64,000 nt of DNA from Trichinella spiralis (taxonomy: Eukaryota). The notes below the pieces were generated by a model that had not been told where the DNA came from, searched no databases, and was given only the letters and a program-made list of their open reading frames with translations. Positions within the stretch are counted from its first letter, which is position 1. Every line of letters begins with the position of its first letter. The DNA is taken from contig NW_003526941.1 of NCBI RefSeq assembly GCF_000181795.1, positions 6,678,428-6,742,427 of the forward strand. Direction: 5' to 3'. Of the stretch, positions 24,601 through 36,700 are shown piece by piece. Made by a program: the position numbers and the translations under genes.

Positions 24601-27600
24601 ACGTTCATTATCTTGGTTCACTTTCAATACTTTGCAGATTCGATTTGCTGCTGTTTCTGCCTTAAAAAATAACAACACATTTGTTCCATGAGAAATAATT
24701 CTCTTTCTGTAGTAGTACATCAGAGTTCAGTAGGATGCGTTTCGGTTATACAAACATTCATGCTTGGAGTATAATTTTTCATTTACCACTTTTCACCCTG
24801 CTCTCTGTTGTATCTTTTGTCCATATTTTAGGCGTTTTATTTCAACTTATCGACTACATATATTTTAGTCTGTTAATTTTGTTTGCTTTAATTGAATTCA
24901 AAATTCCAATTCTTCCTATCATTATATATCTGATTTATTTTTTTCTTGCATCAAGGACGTCGAAAGAATCCATCAAAATGCAAAACCCAGTAATCGAAAC
25001 TTAAAAAAAAACGAAACGAAAAACAAAGGATTTGAAAAATATCTTATTATCTGAGAATGATAATTAGCTGATTGTCGATTACTGTTAGAAAACAACTATG
25101 GTGTTTTTGTCTTTTAAACTGAATAGCTTATTTCCTTACAGATTTGCTTAATTTTATCTATTTTCGTGGGATTCTGGGAAGATATCAGATGGTTTGAAAG
25201 TTCATCCGAAAATAATCAAAAAGAAAAAAAAATTTTTTTTGAACATGTAATTTCCAATATTTATGCATCATCAACATAATTAATTACTTTTTTTCCCATT
25301 AGATAATTATACTTGCTTGAAGCAAAAATAGATTTAAACCACTATTTCTGGTTACTTGATGATAAATTTTCAAAGTGAAAATACCCTGAAGTTAGTTAGC
25401 ATAGCGAGCGCGAACTCAAGGTATTGTATTAAAGAATGGAACACATTCTGACCGAGACTCTGATGTTCGTCATATTAGTTTTGAACAAACTCTTCTAGTA
25501 GCGATTCTACTGAAAACATGAAAAATCAATGCATGCATGCATACTCTAACTGCACAAAACGAGAAATTCATGTTTCATGTGAGCAAGTTCATTTGCTTAG
25601 TATTATAAAAGGGCCAATTTCCAATCGCAGAAAGGAGGGGTGGGAGTATTCAATGCATATATTTTATGAGGGTATTTTTTTTCAACGAACTACCTTTTGC
25701 ATTCCGATGAAAAAATGGTAGTAGCTGGATACGTAAGTAATAATCGCTTTCTCACAGGGATTCGGAACGCGAGCCATATCTGTTAAAAAATGCAGTAGCA
25801 CAATCAGATCACAGTTGGACAGAATTGAGCATGCAGTTTTTTTTCGAAGAGAATTTTTATAACTTGTGTGAATTTTTCTATAAACAGCTTTACGTAAATC
25901 AAGAAGAAAATTAGCAGTTTCTTTCTCTGATACTGGTGTTATTTGTTCCATTCAGTACTAGTGTGTCAATGCATTGGATTATTTTGTATTAATTTTGTAT
26001 ACGTCAGTGAAAGAAAAATTATGTAGTTTTTGCTTTCATGCAAATCATTTCGGGCGGAAAGTTGATGCTGATTCGTGCATTAAATCCCAAATATTTCCAA
26101 TTTGTGAATTTCAACTTCAATCCATGCATAGATAGTTTCATTTTCATTCATTTCGTTCAAGCAATACAATCATGCATAAAGCAATTTTTTTCCCATGCAC
26201 AAGCAAAATAAAATTACAAATCAAATAACCTGCTGTGCCCCACGAAAAGCGTGATAAAAACATGAAACATAAGTCATAACAGCTTTATCGTCTGGCTTAG
26301 CCACATAAACCATGTCTAAAATGGACTTCAGGTGATTGAAGCTTTTTCAATTCTGATATTCTTCGTATTATTACTATTGGTACATTTATTTTATTTTATT
26401 TTATTTTATTTTTATTTTTTCAAACATACCTTCTGCATCGAGCATTTTTGGTATATCTAAATATTTTTCTGCCGTATCGAATGCCAAATTTAAGTTGTAA
26501 AGCGGATCATCCTGAAAAAGAAAGAAAGGAGGAAATATTTTAATTAATTTGATAAAATAATACGTGAAGCAAACAAAGCATTTGTCATACCTTGGACAAA
26601 TTGTCATAATCCAGTAGCTCTGGTCTGTGACGATGGATCAACGCGCAGAAAGCCAAACCATCTTTCCAACTATATAAAAAAGGAAATTGTGCTTTAAATT
26701 TTTTTATCTCTGTGATGGCTAAAACCAAGAAAACTTCCAATTTCAATGCGTTGTAGTGATGATAAGTTATATTTATTGTTGTGCACAATTTCAGTTTAAG
26801 AGCGTTTTGAACAAAATTAACAGAATTGTTGAATTTTTACTGATTAATTAGTTGAAAAAAAGACGAAATCAAATGCTCCTTGTTATCAAATAAGAAAAGT
26901 AGAGTAATAAATAATCTTTGACTTTCAGCAACGTTGACTTATTGGAAAACACTTATTTGGAGAGTGATTATTTGAATTGAGATATTTGCGGTGTGTGTTT
27001 TCGAAAATGTTTTCTCCCATTCATTAGTCAGTGGAAGGTTGAAGAATTCCATAAGAGGAGGAATACACAGAGCAGTTGTTCATTTCATTATAAAATTGAA
27101 AAATTTAAATCTTCTACAAAAATGAACAGCTTCAACAGGATTTGAGCATTTGAGGTGGATATTAGTTTCATTTGAATTGTGTGTTACTCTTGCTAGTGGT
27201 ATTTGATGTGTGATCAAAGTGATCGATTCAGACCGTCACCGATAATTTTTAAGCGTCCATTTTGATGATAACTCTGTGAAGTTGCATCTTTTTGACGGGC
27301 ATAACGTGTCAGCGTTGTGGAATTGCCGCTTTGCCGCGATTAGTGGAGCCGCGAAACGCGGCACAATCAAGAATAAGCAGAAAATTTGTTTATGTCGCTG
27401 TAAGCAAAGCTCAGGCTAATTTAATTCTCAAATCATGCCTTTCCCCTGGTCAGTGGCCGTGCGGATGGATCGATTTGAAAACTTACTAAATGATGTGGCA
27501 GTTCATTTGCATTTTCTATGCGTTGCTGACTATGTATGTTTGGGTGACCACGTTCCATTGCTCATTTTCCCTTTCGGTACCGTCCAAGCGTGCATAATCT

Positions 27601-30600
27601 ATGACTGAACATTATTATTTAAATTTAAAAAAATCTGTTTTTTTCTTCTGAAAACAATTTTTACCATCAGGTGAGCGATGCTTCGAACACTAATTATCAG
27701 TACATAGTATATTATGTGTATAAAATCACAGCATATATATTGTATGTCATTGCTTCGGAAATGTCTGTTTGCTTATTCAAGTTTATTTTCTCATCTAAAA
27801 TTTCGAGCATTTGCCTAGTGGCGTACTGTTTGTTGTTCAGTCAAGGCTAGGAACATGCGTTGAAGAGGAATTGTTAAACTGCTGCTAATCTTTCTCTTGC
27901 TTTTTTTTCAAATAACAAAGAGTTGTTGCGAATTTTGAGTGTAAGCTTTCGAATGATCACATTTTTTGCGTGTTATGAATTTCAATAAGCACCTGCTTTG
28001 ATATATTTGATGAAAATTTGGTATTGTTTTGATGACTAATAATTGTCAAAGTGAGAAATTAGAAGTGAATTGTAAATAGGGGATAAATTTATCAATATTT
28101 TATGCATAAACTATACGCGTATAAATTAGCTTAATCGCAGCCACAGATAAACAGCCGAATGAACTTTCGATTTCTTACAAAAAATATAAATATATGCTAA
28201 TTTTTCTTTTATTGATTGGATTGGTCAGTGTTTTTTTTCCTATTTAAATAATCTCTTACTTCATTCAGTATTAATCAAGCAGAACAATTGAGCTCGGATG
28301 AAAAAGTCGAAAATATTACTCTAGTGTTTTTCATTTATTGCTCAATAAATAAATAAATATCTTCTTCTCAATGTTGATCATACTGAAATGGATCGTGGTT
28401 TTCCAGTTGTTCTTCATCTAACGAAAGTGAAGAAATTGTGTCTATAGAAAATGTATTTTCGTTTTTTCTGTTCCTTTTTCACATTATCAGTATAATCTTG
28501 TAATCTGAGAAAATGTTGTAAAAAGAGTGGAAAACGATAAAGGGTAAAGTAAAAAAAAATATTTAATCAAGTTAGCAATTTTCATTCAAATTTCGCTTTA
28601 AACGAAGTTAATTGTTTTGCTAATTGTTACAGTGAAAAATAATTTCAATTTTACATTCAAAATGATGAGTTGATTATTCAACTTTTGGAATGCTTAGTTC
28701 GGTTCTTGTTGTGTAATGTTTTCCGTATTATACGATGAATAATATTTTTAAAAAAAAGAGTAAATCCATTTGTGTTCAGTTCAGTTCAGAAAATAGGAAT
28801 AGAAGGAAAAGACGAAGACAATGCTGCTTTTATGCAAGCGCGCGAATTTTTGGCAAGTCCGAATAGTTGTTTGTAGTTGGCCCAATTTTGCATTTGCTCA
28901 TCAAATTAGCATGCAATTTTTCTTTAATTGTTGTTCATTGCACAGATTTGAAGCTGTTCAATTGGACAAAAGTGAAAACGTTGTCGAGTGATTTTGAATG
29001 TTTTCAAATTTCTCAATCGAAATCCCGACCACTACAAATGACGACATTGTCACTTCCGTTTGACCAAAAATAGTGCGAATTGTAGCACAACGAGTCCGAG
29101 CCTCTTATTCTCTTTCAACACCCACCCACCTCATAGTCGACATTTTCCTTTTCCCGTTGACCAATCAGAACGAAAATGAAATTATTCAATAACTTTCATA
29201 AGTTTACGAAGAAGAGCCTCTTAAAAACTGTCTTCTACTCTTCTTAATAATCGTGTCGCGTGATGATGAATCAATAAAAATATTTTCTCTATTTATATAA
29301 CGATTTCCATAATTTTTACACGTGTTACGTGCTCATAATAAACCAACAATACTGAGAGAATGGAATCGAATTGAACATTTAGTGGAAATTGGCAGTTTTT
29401 TTTCAAGAAATGAAATTATGAAAAATTAAGTTGGCATTGAAGTTTTGTAGAGTTGAAGGTTTTTCCTTGCGGCAGAAATGTTCCTCCTCTACTACTACTG
29501 TAAAGTACAAAATAATGCAAAATGGTCTATTTTCATTTGTTGTTCTTTTACACTCTGTTCACCTGTATTTATACTGTACGTATATATCTACTGGCTATTT
29601 TCTTACCCAACAAACCTAACTAAGGTCAGCTGTTGTTGTCAAAAGTTGCTTAAAGTGAAAAATTGTTCAACGACCAGTTTCTATCATTTTACAAGGAAGT
29701 CAACAATATTCTGTAAAATTGCTCGTTTGATACGTTAAAAATTGATTGTGAGCAACACAACAACAACAACAAAAGCCTGAAATTTGAAATTGGAATTTTT
29801 TCCATTTTGTTGTCAATGTTCATCATCACAATTCCTATACAATATTAGGAAAACGGAAAAAATTTGGAAGAACGAGATTTTCTACAAGATTGAGGAGCTA
29901 TGAAGAAAAATTTGCATTCATATTTATTCACCTTGATTTGCAACGATGCTTTTTCATTGTTGCTGCATCTTAAATAATTCATCTTATTTTTCTCTTTTTC
30001 TGTTTCCATTGCACACAATATAGAATTAACGTAATTCAATTTTGAAATTGGTATTTTTGTTCAAAATTTTATTTATATAATTAATTTTATTAGGATTTTA
30101 AGATTTCATTATTGCAGAGTAGAAAATGACGAAGAACAAATGGAATTTAAGTCGATTAAGAAAAGCTAGATATATATGTTTTGCGCTTTTTATTATTTAA
30201 CCTTTCCATTGCACCCTTTACAGTTGAGATGATGGAGATTGATAATTAATTTATGGTTGCAGTTGATTCTGCAAAACGGAAAGAGAGAAAGGAGGAAAAG
30301 CCAACTGTATATTTCATTGTCAATTATACGATTCTCACCGTTCACTGAATGTGTTATTGCACTGTATAGGTAGTAGATTCATGTCGTACATTTGGAAAGT
30401 GATTTGTGAAAAAAAATTTATCCACCAAATATCTGATAATGTAAAAATGCTATTTTCCAAAACAGAGAGCAAACTTCTGTTGTCTTAAATTTTCTCAAAG
30501 CAGGCATCATCTACCTAGCATCTATCTATTCTCTTTGTATTCATTTACAATTTACGAATATACAACCTGCTTTTTCTTGTTTTTTCTATTTTTTCTTTAC

Positions 30601-33600
30601 ATTTTGAATAATGCGGGGAAAGAAAATTGAAAGAGTTACCAATTAGAGCCTACATTTGAAATTGAACATACGTCTTCTATACATACTTACCTTGTGTGGA
30701 AATTTTGCACGTTGACATTTCTGTAAGGTGCAGTCTTTCTTTGACACCACAGCAGTAGGCCTTCTTTGGCGGATAATTCTTGAAATGTTCCATGCAATAT
30801 GTTAGAGGTTTGCAAAACAATTTGAAAAAAAAATACTCTCCCCATACCTTCGATGGTGATATCTTGGATAGCGAAACGTAGAATGATAGACCAAATAAGA
30901 CCGAGGGTCATTTTCACGTTTCCATCTACAATCTCTGAAAAAAGAATATATTTCTTGGCTCGTCAAATCGATCTCTTACTATGTCGAATATTTTTCTATG
31001 TATATTGTATATTTTTTTAAAACACACAAATTGTGTACGTGCGTGTTTCTCTGTCGTATATTATGTAAAGTACCTTCGGCACCGATCGAAACCAACTTGA
31101 CGCCTTTGCTTTCAATGAAAGCTAGCGCTTTGTTGACGTTGGCAATTTTGTGAAAGCGCATTTTCCCTCGATCTGGCCTCGGCAATTCTTCACCAGAAAT
31201 CACTTCAAGTAGCAACATTAATTTCAGGCCATTTCGAAAATCCTCTTCAATATTTTCTATCATTGTATCCGCTTTACGAAGATGGGAATTGCACCATGCA
31301 GTGAATGTCTGAAATTGTGCTTCTTTCAACAAAATCGAATAAATTCCAACGAACAAAATGTATTCTTCAAATAAGTTTTCGTTTAAAAAATAGTTATCCA
31401 AATCTTCTTCCTCTGTACGGAACGAAGTTATTATTATATGATATATTTACGGTTCATTCATTTATTTTTTTTTCATTTTCTGTAGTCGATATTTGAACTA
31501 TTATTGATCTCACTTTTATCTCACAATCCCATGCATTACAATACACAAACAATGAATATACAGTAGTGCAGCAGTCATTTTACGTTGAAAAATGCATTTG
31601 AATGTGATTTGAGCAATGTTGTTGTTGTTGTTGTTGATTGAAAAGCCCCGTGCATTTGAGATTATTTATTTTCTTGATCAAATTATTTTAAACGAAAAAA
31701 AATGGATACACTTTGCACGCATTCTGCAGAGATTGTTCAACATGTAATATAGTAAGTAACAAGTTTGTGATGGAGATGCTGACGGGTAGGAGAGACAAGA
31801 ATAAGAGGAGAGGATGCATGAAAAACAGCTTACAGACCAAAGAAAAGAAAGTAGAGAATGTTGTTTATTTGCTCATCGGAACTCGTCTCATCTCTGCTTT
31901 TAAAAGCCACTTTCCATTTCACCTTTCTCTGATTCTTTTTATTGGCTACTATAATTTGATTTGTTTTATTTGTTTATTTATTTATTTATTTTCAACATCA
32001 GTATGAAAACAGATTTACACACTTGTATGAAGCAAGCAGTGCGAAATTAGTAGAATTAGTATAATTGTTTTTCTGCTTGCTTTTTTTGCTTCACAATGAA
32101 TACTCAAGGCCGTGTAGAGCAGAAATGCTTCAAGAAAGAGCGATGGAACGTTTATTTGACATTAGATGAGCCCGCCCATTTTGACTTCAATTTGAAATTG
32201 TTTTCGTGCATTTCTTGTTGACTCTTTTAAAATAGCCCAACTGAAAAGTTTAAAGAAATAAGTAATAGAAAAAAAACATTTTAATATTATGAAAATTCAC
32301 TGATGCATATATGTATATATATATTCATTGACTCTTCAGTTTGCGCTTTACATCAGTCAAGCACGAATTTTGGTTTGTTTGTTTGTTCACTAGACAGTGG
32401 CAAAGAATTATTGCCTACGAGTGCAAAGATAATATGCGCAATTGAAACTGTTCTGCCGTTGACTTTTGTGTTGATAATCATATTTCGAGTATTAGCAGGT
32501 CACAAATGATTTATTAAAATTTTCATTGACGTTGATTTTAAATTAAATTTACGAACATGCAAAACTGTGCATAGATTGAGCATATTGAGCAACATTTTGG
32601 GATTCTTCAGAATTTATATTATACCCAGTTGTACTTGTCTAGATTCAAATTCAAATTTGATACAAATTTAAATATGCTAATATTGCATATTTGCTGCAGA
32701 TTGAAAATCTGTTTTTTTTCTATTTATTTTAAATAAAAACCTTAGTATAAGTTGGATGCAGTTGCCAGCTGGCGGCGAGCTAATGGCGACGATTAAGCGT
32801 TAAGCAGTTGAGTTGGTAGCGGCCGTGCTATGTATGAGTGAATCATGTTTGTGTGTGTGTGTGTTCATTGTTTTCAAGCGTAGCAGTTGCTATTTTCAAG
32901 CAAATTGCAGCAGTTGTTAGTTTTTATTCAATGAAGTTTTCAATTTGGCGCCTACAGCTTAATCTTGCCGACTGAATTAAATTTGCGTGATTAGAAAAAC
33001 TGTCCAAAGAATGCATCATCGATGCGTGCACAACATACATACATACATACATATATATGTATCTATACAGAGGTTACTGTTGCTACTGGTGTCATTTCGA
33101 AACGTTCTTTGCACATGCCTATTTAATATAGATTGTTTCCATTTGTCCATTCACAGAATCTCCAGTAATTCTATTCTACTTGGAATGCTTGCCGGTGTTT
33201 ACTACGCAGGCGCTACGTTGCTTAGTTAAGCTTCTGCAAATCAACTGATAATATGACAAGAAATGAAAATAATACGATTATGAGGTTTGTTTTGTTTGAT
33301 AAGTTTGAATTGAATATCTGGTAACTCTGCATTTCACAAATTATATCCAACGGAAATATTTGTATTGAAAAATATTTCAACAAGCTCAATGGCACGAGAA
33401 ACAAAAAAAGAAATCTTTATAAACGAAATAAATGTATGAATAATTTACGTGTGTGGATAGAGATAATGTTTACATCCAGTCGACAATTTATCATTATTAT
33501 TACTATTATTAATATCAATTTTTCTTCAATTTATACTAGAGCACAGTACATAGATTTTTTAATATGATTGTTTTTTTTGTTGTGCGTTGATAAAGAAGAA

Positions 33601-33732
33601 GTATTTCAAAAATTGAAAAATTTTCAATACCTTTTTCTGTTGCTTCTCCCAAGCCGGATCGAGAAGACCTTCACGATCCCATTCCTCTTCTTGTTGCATG
33701 TAGTCATAATTGGTGTCGCCGTAGTATAGCAT
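21655..33732 (-). CDS. atn-1: Alpha-actinin (2 CH domains, 4 spectrin repeats, EF-hand domain), ~891 aa
   Basis: Exons 33732-33631, 31308-31074, 30934-30848, 30778-30691, 26669-26591, 26511-26430, [26315-26230 OR 25779-25694], 24660-24568, 24498-24268, 24135-24059, 23764-23543, 23476-23305, 23239-23162, 23095-22849, 22666-22344, 22275-22120, 22041-21883 and 21813-21655; 2676 nt in frame. Motifs [93 protein letters not shown] and C-terminal [15 protein letters not shown]. Confidence 0.97.
23765..24058 (-). other. Non-canonical GC-AG intron in alpha-actinin
   Basis: The conserved peptide [21 protein letters not shown] is only restored using donor AG|gcaaga at 24058 and acceptor ttgcag|A at 23765. 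No GT precedes the in-frame stop. Confidence 0.85.
25532..26199 (-). promoter_or_regulatory. Cluster of seven UGCAUG (RBFOX/ASD-1/FOX-1) splicing elements flanking exon B
   Basis: catgca on + (UGCAUG on the mRNA strand) at 26194, 26171, 26123, 26037 and 25830 (intron between A and B) and at 25536 and 25532 (downstream of B). Confidence 0.7.
25694..25779 (-). CDS. atn-1: Alpha-actinin alternative exon B (86 nt; mutually exclusive with exon A)
   Basis: ttttttaacag|AT ATG...CAA AAG|gtagtt, encoding (D)[28 protein letters not shown]. Same length and phases as exon A and clearly homologous. Confidence 0.88.
26230..26315 (-). CDS. atn-1: Alpha-actinin alternative exon A (86 nt; end of CH2/neck)
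   Basis: ttttag|AC ATG...CAG CAG|gttatt, encoding (D)[28 protein letters not shown]. Confidence 0.93.
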
Positions 33733-36700
33733 AATTGGTCGGGTGATGGGTAGGTCTTATTGAAAAGCAAGCTTGTTGAGCAGAAAAGTCGATTTGGCTT
33801 CGAAATCACGGCACTTTTTGGCGCGCGTACGTTAAGGACAGCAGCAGAGGCAGATGATGATGAGGTTGCTGATGGTGACGATGAACAACGCCGGATGACG
33901 CGCACTTTTGCAAAGAATAGAAATAAACATAAGCTGGCTGCAATACCGCCTGACAACTTTTTGAAGTTGGCAAACGATTGGCCGCTCTTGCCAGCGGCAG
34001 ATGTTCTCCTCAAACCTGTCGAGTAGTAAGTCGGCAGGTCTTTGCCCAACGAACCTGCAAATCATTATACTATGGAAAAAGAGCAAAAGAATTGCGGTGA
34101 AAATAATTTTTTTCTTTTCTGATCCTGAAAAGAAAATTATTCCAATCACAACGACCGAATTATTCACGATTTTATTTATTTATTTTCACGTTCATCCTCT
34201 TATTTGCAAATTGAAAGGAAATTTTTTTCATTTTGCTAATATTTTGTTTGATTGTTGTTGTTATTGTTCAAATTTCTATCTGGGTTATGCTGAGAAGCTG
34301 CATTTGAACAATAGTTTGCACTGCAGATGGCAGCTAATGTGAGCGAAATGCTTGCAATTGGCGTCGGCCCAGTTTACCTTAAATATTTGTATTCGGGACG
34401 GCAATTTTGTGCCAACAATGCCAAAATTGATGTACAATTTCATTGCAACAACAGAAAAGGCGTGCAATATTGACCAACCGGATTGGTTTATATTCTTCTT
34501 AATCACAACTTTAAGCATCTCATCTTCGGCTACTGTGTCAGTGACTTTTTATTTTTACTGTTGTTTGTGCTTGTCTGTCCTCCGTGCAATTGGTGGCACT
34601 TAAATTCACTTTCAAGCTTGCCCATTCACAATCATCAGTGAATATCCACATTTCTGGAGAAAATATTGCTATTTAATTGTCAGAAATTTATGAAATTGAT
34701 TTTCCACATCTTATGTATTGCCTTTTTGTTGTTTTTGGACAGAAAAGTTTCTGTAATTTTCAACTGTCTAACTTTGGGCAAAGTACAATGCATGTTTGGC
34801 GCACGTTTGATCAGTTAACATTATTTTAAACAGCTGTTCCACGAAGAAATGTTAAGATTTGCATTTCCGTGGAATTTAAATATCTTCCTTCCTTGCATGT
34901 ATTTATTCTTTGTGGAATTGTAATTTTGTTGTAATATATGTCCACTTTACGTACGTAGTCGAGTTTTAAATTTAATATTATTTTTTTCCTCAAAACATTA
35001 GCATATTGTGGTGCATTTCCTTTCAACTTTTCTAAATTTGCTTTGCGAAATTAACTTCAAATAATTCCAATAATATTTTAAACTGAATGAAAAAATGGCG
35101 TAATTTATTGAATTTACGTTTAAAATACATTAATTACAACACTGCAAAAGAGAAATAATATCTAATAAGTGTGTATAATTGATGCATGTACTTTTATTAT
35201 TTACACGCATTGAAAAATGAAGTTATTATTTGATAAATGTCCATTTTCAAATAACTTTCTTCGCATTTCAGATCTTTTAGTTTTGGTTTCATTGTTAATC
35301 GGGACCAGCATTGTCATCCTGTCGCTTGCAAATTTCGATTTCTATATTGTTTTGCTTAATCTCACCTGCTTTCAGTAATTTTTTAATAATTTATGAAGTA
35401 TTTTTAAGTATCGAATAGTTCTATTGAAGAATACTGTTTATTGAAAGCATTCTTAAAGTTAGTTTCACAGCTCTACTATCATCAAGCCGTCTATATCTGT
35501 GATTATGATTATGCTATGATATGATAATTTTTGTTTCGCAAAGCGCATTCCAATATTTGCAAACGTTGCAGTTAGCATTTAGTTTTGTTAGCATTTTCAC
35601 GATTATTATGCGTAGACAATTGTATAAATTGTATCTACTTTTACTTTGGGCAGTTAGTTATATATAGATAAATAGATATAGATATATCTGTAGATATATC
35701 TCTGTAGATAAAGATCGTTGTTAATAATAAATAAGTTTTGCTTGTTTTGTTTATGCTAGGTTATTGTTATACTTGGTTCGGTATAGTTTTGCATACGAAC
35801 GAAAATGATTTGTTTTAAAATGACATTGTGAAATATTTTTTAAAAAAGAAGTTTTCTTTTGAATTTGTATTTTTATCTTTTCTTTTTTTGTTGGTTGATG
35901 AAGTTTCTGACAAAGCTTTTAGCTTATTATTTTACAATATAAATTGTTTACAAATAATATTTGACAAATGAAAGTTGTTTGAAAATGATTTCAGCTGTTG
36001 AGAAAATTTTAAATCGAAAAAATTTTGACATTTCTCGAATTATAATTTGAGAAAAAGAATCAATATTGTACACGCTGGGTTGCGCCTTGGCTGAAACCAA
36101 TGATGATATTCCTTACAACAGCAACATGATGTCCAGGTTACGCTTAAATTGTTCACGCTGAAATGACGACAAGCTGTTCTGAGCTGTCGGCTTGAAGTGA
36201 AACTTTTGATTTTAATAAACTCTGATTTTGCTACTTTTTCAAAAAATCATTTTCAGTGTAACTTGCTTTTATCTAGCATTTTCTCTACTCTTCTCTTCTT
36301 TCCTATGTACTGATTCATTAGACATGGGATACGTTCTTCAGTTATTTTTTTTGGTAACAATTAATTAACTATTATTGGATGTGTGGTAGATTTTGATACG
36401 TTAAGTGATATTTTGCAGTGGGGAACATACATATTCGTATTGTGAATGTACTGTAATAAAAATCAAATACTTTATTTACTTTCATCACTGAAGCTAAGCT
36501 GCTTCATTTCATTGATGTAAATAATCTAATAATGTGTGGTAAGAATGTCATTTTTCATATATATATATGTGTGTGTGAATAGATATCTTCTGTAGAGTAC
36601 AAATACATGCAGAATATGTACGTATACTTTATAGAATAGCTAAATAATATCTGCATTTCGAAGCACAGAACTAATCGCCTTATTTATTAAATATATTTAC

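Noticed and set aside
25106..25210. Possible extra neck-insert exon in the actinin intron
   Set aside because: The best acceptor/donor pair gives 34 nt, which is not frame-preserving, and shows no convincing peptide.
33624..34167. Overlapping 88-141 aa ORFs at the actinin 5' end
   Set aside because: Non-ATG starts or antisense/alternative frames over a GC-rich leader. The conserved actinin N-terminus is in another frame (33732-33631).
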